This document shows positions 1-12,735 of a stretch of 64,000 bases of DNA, piece by piece (position 1 is the first letter of the stretch; each line of letters opens with the position of its first letter). The stretch comes from Octopus sinensis. Taxonomy: Eukaryota. The notes under the pieces are model-generated. The model worked only from the letters and a program-made list of their open reading frames with translations. It made no database searches and was not told the origin of the DNA. A program made the translations under genes and the position numbers. The stretch spans positions 151,218,001-151,282,000 of the forward strand of contig NC_042998.1 in assembly GCF_006345805.1 (NCBI RefSeq), written 5' to 3'.

Positions 1-139
1 GGTACATATTTCAGTCTGGGATTTGTTTTATCGGTCACCATTTGTAGAATTGTTAAACTAGTGCTTATTACATAAAGGGGTTCACATACATACATAACTG
101 CGCGCGCACATACACACATATTCATATATTTATACATAT

Positions 140-1450
140 ATACTACTTGTTCGAAGGTGTGCTGATTTACTTGAGGTTAGGAATTGTTGAATAGGATAAT
201 CTAACTGTATTCTTGTTAAATCCTGATAAAGATGTTATAATCCTTGTGTTAAGTTCTGCCAACAATAGTTTCTTGATTAAAGAAAAGATTTTAGCCATAG
301 GTCTGCTCTCTTTCATATCAAATGGTGGGTTATACTAAATAATGTGTTAGTCCTATTCTTCCTAATCCTACATTCATTTTGATTTAATACAGCATCTCCT
401 TAAAACCACAACGAACCAATGCTTCGTTAAAACAGATGAGTGATCCTTAAATATCTGCTTGTTAGACACAACCAAGGTAAGCTGAATGAGATATTTTAAA
501 ACTCACTTAAAATGTTCATGTTGTTTGGATGGTTAGAAAATTTATTGCTGTAAGACATTTTCTATGTAGGGAAAAATAATCCATGAGAGATTCAGGGCCA
601 TTTTCTGGAAATTCACAACAGATAAGTTCGTGTCATGTGTAATCGACATGTTAACATCTTTTAAAAAGTTAATCAGGTCCTTCCTGAATCTGTCGATAGT
701 CGGGTACTGCAACTAGTCGTTGTCAACAGGCCATCGTCTCTATAAAAGCCGTCTTCCTAATAAATAAATACATCAATAAAGTTAGTTGCCTCAGTCGAAT
801 CACCTTCATCCATACTCACGTCAAAAGGAGTATTTGTGGATTTTAAAAACTTGAATTATTGTAAGTTATGAGTTTTCTATGGATGATAATCACATCAACC
901 TTGGTATCGCTAATCTCAGTTATTATTTACAGTAAAATCAATATCCCTACGTAATAACGGTAATGTGAGTGCAGTATAATAATTATTTTGTATCATATTG
1001 AATATAGCTTCTGCATACCTTATAAGTGATATTTTTCAAGTAGTCTATCACCGGAAAGGAATTACTCCACAGGATTAAAGAGGCTCCTTCCCCGAGCTTA
1101 GCTAATATACGTTTGCTAAGTTTACCTATATCTTATTTAATAGGGTTAACTACCCTAAAAGATGGGTTATTATTGAAACCCAGCATGTGACTAGTGAGTG
1201 TGAAATAAGGGGTTCCAGGATGGAGTGGTTCTGTTCGATCCTGTTTATGTAATTCAGAAGAAATTGTAAATCCAGAATTGTTGATACAGTTCAATATTTT
1301 CTTTTGCGCTAATACTTGATAAATGCATTGTAATAATCATTCCTACCAGAATTCGAATTCTTCATCTTTCTAACACAGGTTTTTAAATCACTTAGCAATG
1401 CGTTTTCCTAGGGAATTTAATATTTTTGATAAGTACTTCTCGAACAACGC
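140..1450 (-). mobile_element. Degenerate Penelope-like element, RT/thumb region (frameshifted, with stops)
   Basis: Manual minus-strand translation gives PLE RT blocks in order: PYFTLTSHMLGFNNNPSFRVVNP..IGKLSKRIL, FDVSMDEGDSTE (MGSYDGAE-like), GFYRDDGL (catalytic DD), DRFRKDLINFLK..ITHDTNLSVVN, SNHP, FNKNTVRLSYS. Confidence 0.85.
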
Positions 1451-1574
1451 CAACGTAGGTTAGAAGAACACGTAGGATTTCAATATAAATATCTCATCGA
1501 TATTCTGTCTATTACTCATACAGACACACACAAAGTTTAACTATTAATCACACACAGATGCTGGAGAATACATA

Positions 1575-1682
1575 CACATGTATGTATGTATGTGTGTATG
1601 TATGTATGTATGTATGTATGTATGTATGTATGTATGTATGTATGTATGTATGTATGTATGTATATGTGTGTGTGCGTGTGTG
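1575..1682. repeat. (TATG)n/(TG)n microsatellite
   Basis: Direct reading; accounts for the 1548-1745 and 1558-1959 pseudo-ORFs. Confidence 0.97.
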
Positions 1683-2143
1683 TATACACGCAAGCATTAA
1701 GCAAAAAGTATACATAACATCAGACAACATACACACCACACACAACCGACTTAGTCAATACAATGTACATACATACATACTCAAATTGACATATACATAT
1801 ACATACACATACATACTCACACACACATACACACCCATATATACCCAGATACACAAACACACACACTCACAACAACGATTGACAGTTCTAAGTTTCGCCA
1901 GACGGTTCCTCAGATTCTGTGACTATTCTATATTTTGTATAGAATTCTACAACAGATAATGGTTATTTACTGTATACATGTATACAAACAGCCTTGTGTG
2001 TTAAAATCTAACGGCATTACTCTCTCTTTCCTACTCTTTCTTTCTCTCTCTCCCTCTTTTTCTCACTCTAATATATATACATACATATATATATACATAC
2101 ATACATACACACACACACACCACACACACACACACACCACACA

Positions 2144-2185
<42 letters not shown>

Positions 2186-2193
2186 TATATATA

Positions 2194-2225
<32 letters not shown>

Positions 2226-2288
2226 TCTGAGAGTATTGAGTTGATGTTTTGAATTATCATGAAGCGTTCAGAAGATTGGTCTGTTTGT

Positions 2289-2334
2289 AAATACACCAGT
2301 ATCGGTTGTCAAGCGATGGTGGGGGACAAACACT

Positions 2335-2414
<80 letters not shown>

Positions 2415-2415
2415 G
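2289..2415 (-). mobile_element. Fragment of the composite tRNA-SINE body with an expanded (CA)n(TA)n tract
   Basis: acaccagtatcggttgtcaagcgatggtgggggacaaac matches, in reverse, the SINE body at 37540-37590; it is followed by a long (CA)n and then (TA)n. Confidence 0.75.
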
Positions 2416-3829
2416 GTGTACGTATATATTTATATGAATATTTTATGTACATTGTAAGTGATGTAATGTCTCTTACACAACTAAATTGCTAATGAAACAA
2501 CTGTAAACTAATGGAATAAACATCTATTCTCTCACTTCACTTCTCTTACGGGTTCAATTTATATGATACGTGTATGTGTGTGCATACCTGTATAGGCACA
2601 CACATATACACGCATAATTGTGCACACATCGGCACACGCGCGTGCATGCACATACACTCACCATAGATATGAACCAATGAAAAAGCTTCTAAATGGTTGT
2701 CGAACCTGAAAAAAGCAGCAACCAAATCTTTAAATCGTACACTGCTGCCTAAAAAAGAGAATGAAAAACTATTAGTTTCACTTTACCTAAAATTAGAAAG
2801 GAAAAATGTCAGCTGTATTTTTAAAGAGAGGTCAGGTGAATCAGAGTAGACCTGGGGTTAAACTGCGACACACGGACCACTCAGACACATGGGCAGAATG
2901 GGAGAAAGAGGAAGAGAGAGAGAGAGGAACAGAAGTAGAGAGACAGAAAGACCCAGAAAGGCAAAAATATTCACACAACTTCAAACGTACCTCTTTACGT
3001 CTTCATATCCAATAAAAAAAAATACATACAATACACACATGCAGGTACATTCAGCCATATACATACAAGTACACATATACATACACCCATATACAAATAC
3101 ACGCACATATGCATACATAGACAAACACATACGTACAAACATACACATACGCAAACAGACATACACGCATATACAAAGACAACATTCACATAAGCAATCA
3201 TACGCATGCACACACATACACGTATATGTATATGCATACGGAGTTCTACACATATGCACACATGTACACACATTGATGCTTATACACACATACATATACA
3301 GATACGCACAAAAATACACAAGTATACATATACATTCGAACGCGTGTGCGCACACGAACACCTTCACAAGTACATACGTATACAGATACACACACAAACA
3401 TACTCGTATACATACACAGGTACACATATGTACACATATACATACACACCCGAACACATATATACACACAAAGCCATGTACGCCCCGCTACACATCTACA
3501 CCACACCCCTTCTAGTAGGCCCAAACAACCAACACTAGAAGTTTTCACATCGTATTATAGGGGCGGAAGGAGGTCCCTGGAGTGATGACACGCGATATGT
3601 TGGAACAGGAGACGGGAGGTGCGGTGTATTGTGTGTGTGTGTGTGTGTCCATGTGTGTATCTGAATGTGAGTGTGCGTCAGTGTATATGTGTATCAGTAT
3701 GTGCGTGTATCAATGCATTTATATGAGAGTATAAGTCTCAGTAAGTATGTGTGTACACGTCACTATGTGCGCATGTAGGAATATTTGTGTATGTATATGT
3801 GTGGGTGTGTGAGTATGTGTGTGCTGTGG

Positions 3830-4028
3830 TGTTTAATTTCAGAAGCAGGAGCAGCAACAGTAGTTGCAGTAACATCATCAGCAGCAGGCATCAATTCTAA
3901 TGTCAGACTCATTATATGGAATACCAACGATGGTAATGAGATAATGGTAGTGCCATTATCAGACAGAGCGGGGTGGTGATGGTAGTGGCCGTGGTGGAAG
4001 CGGGGGTCGCCGTCGTCGTCGTAGTGGT

Positions 4029-4078
<50 letters not shown>

Positions 4079-4418
4079 AGTAATGATGGTGGTGGATGTA
4101 GCGGTAATGGTGATATAGGTATTGTTGGCGGCGGTGTTAGCGGTGGTCGTCGTAGGGTTGTAAAGGTGTTGTTGTTGCAGTTAGTGGTAATAGTGGCATA
4201 GGAGATGGTGGAAGAGTGGTGATGGTAAAAATGTAGGTACAGTGTTGCATTAAGGAAGGCGGTGGCGGTGAAGAATTTGTACTAATTATGGTGTAGTGCT
4301 GGTATACAGTTGTGCTGTAGTATGGGCAGTAGTAACAGTGTAGTGATGGGGTGTATGGCGGTCTAGTGTGGGTGTTGTAGTAGTAGTGTATATATGATGA
4401 TGATGGTGATGGTGATGG

Positions 4419-4455
<37 letters not shown>

Positions 4456-4731
4456 ATGGTGGCGGTGATGTAGTGCTGTGATTCAAATGTTGAGGCCAGA
4501 TTCAGAGAAGGATTGTCATGTAGTAACAATTGTTTTGACAGTGGTTGTTGGGGTAGTTGTTGTGGTGGCGGTAGTAGTTGTGGTGGCGGTGCGATGAATG
4601 CTATAACGGAATGGAGAACTTGGAGTGGAGCAAGCTAATAAAGTTTGGGGCTGTTGAGGTGGTAGTTGTAGTAGTGGCGTCGGTGGTGGCGGCGGCGGCG
4701 GTGGTGGCGGTGGTGGTGGTGGTGATGGTCC

Positions 4732-4776
<45 letters not shown>

Positions 4777-4870
4777 CTTATTATTATTATCATTATTATT
4801 ATTATTAGTAGTAGTAGTAGTAGTAGTTGTAGTAGTAGTAGTAGTAGTTGTTGCTGTTGTTGTAATTGCT
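3830..4870. repeat. Compound trinucleotide microsatellite region (GCA/GTA, GGT, TGA, ATT, AGT)
   Basis: Direct reading; phase-conserved triplet runs give poly-H/S/T/I/P/V pseudo-ORFs. Confidence 0.95.
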
Positions 4871-5479
4871 TGTCGGTATGATTGTGGTGATTTTATATAC
4901 ATGAAGTCATTTAAAAATAAATTAATTGGAGGAGAGAGAAGATTAGAATGCATACCTTTTTTTGTTTGTTTATTTTTTGGTTGTGTTGGCCTTGGCCGTG
5001 TTGTAGTCGATGCAGTTTAAGATTTAGTTTGAAAGAACATTTACAGAGGCACCTTTCTATGTGGAATTGTAAAAGTCTGTGGTTTTAGACAGGAAACTTT
5101 CTGCGTCAGTTATCGCCCCCAAAAATCATTACAATCTCACGCCTTTAACGATAGTATTGTTAATTTTTGGTGACGTTAACAGTGAAAAGTTTCTGGGAAT
5201 AGTGGGAAAACGTTAAAGACAGTCACGAAAATAAACACAACACAGGTAGTGGATGCGAATATAAATGTAAATATACAAACAACATGAATATACGATATAG
5301 TGACAAAATAAAGCCTTGCGACTTTGAGACAAGAGAAGGCGTATATATAAATAACACAATGGGAAATGTTCTATAAGACTGGAAACGAAAAGCGGACAGG
5401 TGAGAGCGTTTCTCAACCGGGGTTCTTAAGGGTTCTGCGAGAAAGAGTGAGATAAGCTAATGCCAATCTCATAATCGTA

Positions 5480-5538
<59 letters not shown>

Positions 5539-6651
5539 CATTTACCACGTGAACTACGATGAAAAAAATATGAGAAAGATATGGTATATAATTTTTTTGT
5601 GCAGGGATTTTTTGAGATATGTAATTTATTTTAAGGATTATGCAAGGGTAAAAAGGTTGAAAAACACTGGATGTGCAAAAAAAACAAAAAACAAACCCTT
5701 TGTCGAAAGTAGAGAAGACAATGAGAGGCCGATGGAAGCGAAAAAAAGGAAATTGGACAGAGAAATAAGATTGGTCACGGGTCATATGGGGGAGAGAGGA
5801 AAAGTGGTGGAGGGCAGAGAGTTTGAAAGCTGCAGAGGGAGGTAAGAAAGAGAGGAAGAGAAAAGTGAAAGAAAAGGATGTCGCATCCAAAATTCCCGTG
5901 ATATAGCGTGACAATAAGATGGATGCGTGGCGTTATATTGAATAATAAATATCAAAAATGAAACAAACACACACACACATACATCCAAATTTAGGGAATG
6001 GAGAATCTAAAATCCAGGCTTGCACAAACTCGGAAATAGTAATTACTCAAACGAGGGCAACTTCCCTAGCTATTCATCATTTGGCCTGATGAGTAACCAC
6101 CAGAGTACCTCCTCACTTAAGTAAATGCTGCTTCCGAGGTTCTGCCAGCTAGGAAACATATGCAACTTGGATTTTATCGACTCCATTCTTAAAACTTGGA
6201 TTTTTATTAGCATACACACCAACTCCAGTTGCTAACCGTGAACTGAACATACATTTTTCAGCTTATTGAACTTCGATATGCAAAACATTTACACTATTGC
6301 TCCTGAAAGATGTATTTTTATACCTTCTACTGACTGTTGGACGCTTACTAACTTCCTACACCTTGATCCTTGGATCTTACATTTACATATTATTATATAT
6401 ACATATATTGCAGGATTAAAAATAGAAAGTCCTTTGCAGAATATACATTTGGAAAAAAAAGACTAGAAATGGCTTATCTAATAATTTTTCCACTTTAATA
6501 ATTAGATGTTTATAAATTATTAGGTGTTTACAAATCGTAAAACATTTAATGATTTATAAACATTTAATTATTAAAGTAGGAATATTATCAGAAAAGCCAT
6601 TTCTATTAATGACTCTCCCCATTTCTATTAAATTTTAAATATATATATATT

Positions 6652-7217
<566 letters not shown>

Positions 7218-7379
7218 TATGTATGTATGTATATATATAAACCTATACAACAATATCTCTATAAATATGTAAAACATATGTGTATAAAAATATATAAGAA
7301 ATATAATTAAAAAGTATAAAGAGATAAAAAGCCTGTACGTGGACACAATATAGAAAGCAAGTCCTATCAGTAATCTCGG

Positions 7380-8570
7380 GGGGACCAAAAACGTAACAAA
7401 TATTTAGCAACATTTGGGCATGACCCGAAAAGTTCAGTTCTTGAATTCAGACATGTAGCGGTGTCGAAGCTGCTTTTCCAGATGAGCCATCTTTCCATAT
7501 CACAAAGACCACACTTTCCACTGCCGTTGGTGTAGGGCTTACACTTGGCTAAGATCTTCCAATGGATGCTGTAACCGACACCTTTATCTTTTAAGGAACA
7601 TATGTTCGTTAAAAGGATAACTGGATAATTTGGTCGTTTTCCTTTTATCCCAGTGCCTGAAGCTCAAGGTGTGATTATTGAACCTGGCCTTGAAATTACC
7701 CTCTGTAAGGCCCACGTATTCCGTCGAAACCTTAGTGGATAGAGAGTCCACGGTGGCTTCATAAATGATGGTCTCGGACATGCAAGCTCCATTTAGCGGG
7801 AACAAATCTTTATCCCTGCATGAACAGCTGGTTTCGTATTATGGCTTTTGTGTGTTGTGTGCGATTATATTTTTAAACTTTGGTAGTTGAGCTGAAACTG
7901 ATTTTTAAGTTATGTCTATTGAAGAGCTTTCTGTAAGTATGGTTGAATGGAAAATGTCTATCTATCAGTACTAAGAAATACTTGCCTATATTGAAGGTCA
8001 CCTCGGGTGAGTAGGGGTGTGTGAACCAAATAGTTTTCCTATTCCTATGTTTCCTCTTCCTGTGTTTCCTCTTCTTTATTGTTGGGCTGGTGGCAGGTGT
8101 ATAGGTTATTTCCTCGCTAAAACTACTATCTTTTAGAGCCTTGTTATATACTGGGGCAACGCTATTAAAAATGTCCCTATCGGAGGAGGGGCTAGAAATT
8201 CTTTTGCTAATGATTTTAACTAAATTTTTAAACACTATGGGGGGATGGCAGGAACCCATATTAATACAACTAAGTTCATCGTTGGGCTTCCTATAAGGCT
8301 TATAAATGTTCTTATTTAGATCTAAGGATACATCTAGGAAATTGACAAACGTCAGGTTGGTGTCTGTAGTTATGCTAAGTCTGAAGGTTTTCATCAAATG
8401 GATAATGTCCTTCCTAAACCGATCCTGTGCTGGTCCATTGGTATTTGCGTTTAAGGCGAGGGCATCATCTTTGTAAATGGCGAAGTATACGTCAGGAAAG
8501 GTCTTGCCCAACGTATCGAGTAGGAATAGTCCAATAAGATCACATATTCTCCATCATATGACCCCATGTA
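7380..8570 (-). mobile_element. Penelope-like element, 5'-truncated: RT C-terminus, Cys-rich linker and C-terminal GIY-YIG endonuclease (frameshifted)
   Basis: MGSYDG; IYKDDAL; RFRKDII..TNLTFVNFLDVSLDL..YKPYRKPN; IWFTHPYS..NIGKYFL; CSC..PLNGACMSETIIYEATV..EYVGLTEGNFKARFNNH; WKILAKCKPY..CGLCDME..LNSRTELFGSC. Both ends lie near (TA)n. Confidence 0.93.
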
Positions 8571-8765
8571 AGTGTATATGGATATATATATATATATATA
8601 TATATAACCGAAGACTTTGTTTTCGTTATTTTTCATCCTGTTTTACATATGTGAGTTACATGTATATGTTATATGTGGAGTTATATTTGTAGAAAATAGA
8701 AATAAGCGATCTTTGACTGCTATTTCTAATTTTTCGGTATGTGGCTAAGCAACCTGTAGCTTGCC

Positions 8766-8803
<38 letters not shown>

Positions 8804-8908
8804 CTTTTTAATAAGGTTCCTGCCGATAATGGTTATATTTCTATACCGAAATCTACCCGGAAGTAATTGTTGATTTTGAAATTAATAATTATTTACCCTT
8901 ATATTATT

Positions 8909-8962
<54 letters not shown>

Positions 8963-9177
8963 CACACACACATATATATATATATAATATATATATATAT
9001 ATGTATATCCATATACACTTATATATATATACATATACACACACATATATATATACATATACAAATATTTATATATATATTGTATAAAGAATCGTGGGTA
9101 AGGCCAAAACAATGCGAAGTAAATGCCACGCAAATCACAAGAAAAATATGTGAATCAATGTTGACCTACATTGTACT

Positions 9178-9935
9178 CAATATTTCGGGGGTTATGACCC
9201 TATTTTCAAGAAATAGACGAATGTTGCCGATGTGCCTGTGTGTGAGCGTGTGTAAAGTGGACATGTGCAGAAAGGTGTTGCTGTAGCAACCAGCTGGCTT
9301 CCTGTAACTCTCTTCTGTTGTTGATCTTGGTTTTCTTTTGGTGTATGTGGATGGCCTCAGAGATTCTAAGGTTCTGCTGTGTTGCCTTGATGTGCACTGT
9401 GAATGCCCGGATTCCCGGGTCTGGCATTTCCGTAGATGTTTCTTCACGGAAGTGTCCGCCTGTATGTGTTCCTTAATGCGTATATACAGTTTTCTTGCCG
9501 TGCTTCCTATGCAGGATGAGCCACATTTGCCACAGATGATCTCATATACAACATAGGCCCTCTGGCACAATCCAGCGTCATTGATAGGGCAGTTCGATAA
9601 TGTGTACTCCTCGGAGTAGTGAGAGGTATAGTTCTCGGGGAAGGGCCAGTGTGCACTATTTGTATGTCGAGTCTTTTCCTGCGGACTGTGTGTTGTATCG
9701 CTGCAGTAGTTCTGCCGTCAGTGTGGTGGCTTTAGGAAGCACGTGCCGGACTTGGGAATTTTGATGGTTCTTCCGGGGTTTATTGACCTTGATGTTCTTT
9801 AGGCGCCGTTGTTTAGCTAAAGATGGTAGGTAGCCATTCAGGGTTAGGTCTCTGAGAAACTGTTTGATGTTGATGGTTTTGCCGGTCACATTGCTGCAAT
9901 TGTTGTTTATACGTGCAATCTCATTTTAGAAAAAT
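9178..9935 (-). mobile_element. Penelope-like element 3' fragment from a second lineage (thumb plus GIY-YIG with CxxC)
   Basis: EIARINNNC..LTLNGYLP (thumb); CTLSNCPINDAGLCQRAYVVYEIICGKCGSSCIGSTARKLYIRIKEH; LRISEAIHIHQKKTKINNRREL. Confidence 0.9.
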
Positions 9936-9954
9936 AGGTAAGGAGTCGATATCC

Positions 9955-10161
9955 TTCACCACCATCATTACAAGAACTGGAGACTGTTTTAGCTGAAAAA
10001 TGGACAAAAATTTCTTTGGAAACAATTCAAACTTTGTAAGAGTCCATACCTCGTAGAATTCAAGCTGTAGGAATTGCCAAAGACTGTCTTACACATATTA
10101 AAATAAATTTGTTTGAAATTTTCTATTATTTCTATTATTCTATTATTTTGCCCAACCCCTG
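9955..10161 (+). mobile_element. Tc1-family DNA transposon 3' end with terminal inverted repeat
   Basis: Translates as SLQELETVLAEKWTKISLETIQTL*ESIPRRIQAV (Tc1 transposase C-terminus). Ends in TTTTGCCCAACCCCTG followed by TA, as expected for a CAGGGG TIR with a TA target. Confidence 0.88.
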
Positions 10162-10233
10162 TATATACATAAATATACATACATATACATCCACATATAT
10201 ATACATATATACACACACACACATATATACATA

Positions 10234-10276
<43 letters not shown>

Positions 10277-10408
10277 CATTTATACATATATATATACATA
10301 CATGTATATATATACAAAGATACAAATATATACATACACACACAGAGACACATACGCACACATATGCATACATACATACATGCATACATACATACATACA
10401 TACATACA

Positions 10409-10440
<32 letters not shown>

Positions 10441-10800
10441 CAAACGTATATAAATACATATTGAAAGTAATTGAAATTGAAACCATGTAATAGTGAAAGT
10501 ATTAATAGAGATGTTATTGTTTCACTTTTGACACGTAATACGGAACAGTGTAAGAGATAAGAGATTGCTCCGGGCTCGCATTAGGCAAGAAGTTGAAAAT
10601 TTTCTGGGCTCATGACACTGCATGGACCTTAAGTAAGGCGTGTGTAAAAATTGAATGAAATCTGTTGAGTAGATCTCGAGTTTTAGTGATACACACATAC
10701 AGACACACAGACACACATTCTCAGGTTCCCATGTTGAATCGTTAGCTCCTGCACGCATTTTTTCTCTCCTTGTTTCTCTCCTTGTTTCTTTTCTGTGTAT

Positions 10801-10838
10801 CTTTCTGTGGAAGAGCGTAGGCTCGAAACGTAAAAGAC
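10801..10838 (+). ncRNA. Minimal hammerhead-like motif, PLE-terminus family A (core CUGUGGA)
   Basis: CTTT CTGTGGA A GAGC-gtag-GCTC GAAA CGT A AAAG: stem I, core with A6 replaced by U, stem II, GAAA, palindromic ACGT stem III, GUA site. Confidence 0.6.
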
Positions 10839-11099
10839 TTGTTTTATTTCTATTCATGAGCGCCATACTAATACAATTGTTTGTTTGTACTCTACCCGCT
10901 TTCGTCTTTTCTTTATTTTTGTAAACCTTCCCGTTATATATATATATATATATATAATATATATATACATTTATACATATATATATACATACATGTATAT
11001 ATATACAAAGATACAAATATATACATACACACACAGAGACACATACGCACACATATGCATACATACATACATGCATACATACATACATACATACATACA

Positions 11100-11131
<32 letters not shown>

Positions 11132-11492
11132 CAAACGTATATAAATACATATTGAAAGTAATTGAAATTGAAACCATGTAATAGTGAAAGTATTAATAGA
11201 GATGTTATTGTTTCACTTTTGACACGTAATACGGAAACAGTGTAAGAGATAAGAGATTGCTCCGGGCTCGCATTAGGCAAGAAGTTGAAAATTTTCTGGG
11301 CTCATGACACTGCATGGACCTTAAGTAAGGCGTGTGTAAAAATTGAATGAAATCTGTTGAGTAGATCTCGAGTTTTAGTGATACACACATACAGACACAC
11401 AGACACACATTCTCAGGTTCCCATGTTGAATCGTTAGCTCCTGCACGCATTTTTTCTCTCCTTGTTTCTCTCCTTGTTTCTTTTCTGTGTAT

Positions 11493-11530
11493 CTTTCTGT
11501 GGAAGAGCGTAGGCTCGAAACGTAAAAGAC
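11493..11530 (+). ncRNA. Second copy of the family A minimal hammerhead-like motif
   Basis: Identical to 10801-10838, inside the tandem duplicate. Confidence 0.6.
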
Positions 11531-11625
11531 TTGTTTTATTTCTATTCATGAGCGCCATACTAATACAATTGTTTGTTTGTACTCTACCCGCTTTCGTCTT
11601 TTCTTTATTTTTGTAAACCTTCCCG

Positions 11626-11672
<47 letters not shown>

Positions 11673-11673
11673 T

Positions 11674-11747
<74 letters not shown>

Positions 11748-11772
11748 CGGGCCTCCTTTCTGTATTGTGTTT

Positions 11773-11980
11773 TATATATAGGGAAAATGAGACAAGGTAG
11801 AAAATGCTAAAATAATTTTATAATGAAGTACATTTTTGTACCGGTGTCCGTCTTTTAGACTTATTTAACTAAGAGGAAAATAAGAAAAACAATTACATTG
11901 GAGAAAAAATTTTAGGGAAATGTTTTGTAAATATTTCCATAGTCTTTAACTAGGTAAATATTTCCATAGTCTTCATATAT

Positions 11981-12015
<35 letters not shown>

Positions 12016-12240
12016 TTTCCTTTGTGCATTCACAAAGCAATAGAGAGAGAAATACAGACTATCTGAAGACTATGGAAATATCTACAAAACATTTCACTTA
12101 ATTTTTTTCCTCCAATTTAATTGTTTTTCTTATTTTGCTCTTAGTTGAAAAAGTTTAAAAGACGGAAACCGGAAATAAAGTGTTCTTCATGATGAAATTA
12201 TTTTAGCAGTTTCCACCTTGTCCTATTTTCGTTATATATA
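11773..12240. repeat. Diverged inverted pair of a ~200-bp repeat (11773-11984 vs 12055-12240) around a (TCTG)n spacer
   Basis: gacaaggtagaaaatgctaaaataatttt..ccgtctttt..caattacattggag..aaatgttttgtaaatatttccatagtctt is mirrored by the reverse complement of 12055-12240, with many substitutions. Confidence 0.9.
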
Positions 12241-12337
12241 TCAACTCGGGATTTACTTTTCTGCTTTCTGTATATATATATATGCATATTTTATAATTAG
12301 GGCTTAATTTAGTTAATTAAATGATTTTACCCTTTGT

Positions 12338-12392
<55 letters not shown>

Positions 12393-12454
12393 CATACATA
12401 TATACATGCACACACACACAGTAGATAGCCTCAGTAGATATATATATGTGTGTG

Positions 12455-12660
12455 TGTGTTTGTGTGTCTGTATGTGTCCCCCACCATCATTGACAACCGA
12501 TGCTGGTGTGTTTACGTCCCTGTAACTTAGCGGTTCGGCAATAGAACCCGATAGAATAAGCACAAGGCATACAAAGAATAAGTCCTGGAGTCTATTTGTT
12601 CGACCAAAGACGGTGCTCCAGTATGGCTGCAGTCAAATGAATAGAAGAAAAAGAAAGTAT
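12455..12660 (+). mobile_element. 3' half of the composite tRNA-SINE, preceded by its microsatellite
   Basis: ttgacaaccgatgctggtgtgtttacgtccc..ttagcggttcggca..aagaataagtcctgg..cggtgctccagtatggctgcagtcaaatga matches 37555-37715. Confidence 0.9.
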
Positions 12661-12735
12661 ATATATATGTATATATATATATAAATATATATATATATAC
12701 ATTTATATACATGCATGCATACATACATATATATA

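Larger units (their letters stand above)
10270..11636 (+). repeat. Near-perfect tandem duplication, period 691-692 bp, with junctions in (TA)n
   Basis: Unique markers recur at +691 (caaagataca at 10315/11006) and +692 (ctgtggaagagc at 10805/11497); one 1-nt indel seen (cggaacag vs cggaaacag). Confidence 0.95.

Noticed and set aside
3581-3665. Apparent C box (GTGATGA) and D box (CTGA) of a snoRNA
   Set aside because: The interval includes a (TG)n run, and there is no terminal stem or recognisable guide sequence.
1548-4953. Many ORFs rich in YI, HT, CV, poly-H, poly-T and poly-L here and throughout the track
   Set aside because: They are translations of microsatellites that are open in several frames and on both strands, with no domain content.
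6086-6110. CTGATGA GTA..GTAC half hammerhead
   Set aside because: No GAAA, stem III or cleavage site follows; at most a truncated relic.
8818-8860. CCGATAAT GG..TATA TTTC TATA CC GAAA, HHR-like
   Set aside because: It needs two core substitutions and has no credible stems I or III.
12064-12085. CTGAAGA CTATG GAAA TATC
   Set aside because: There is no stem I or II, and the inverted partner copy lacks the CTG, so it is coincidental.
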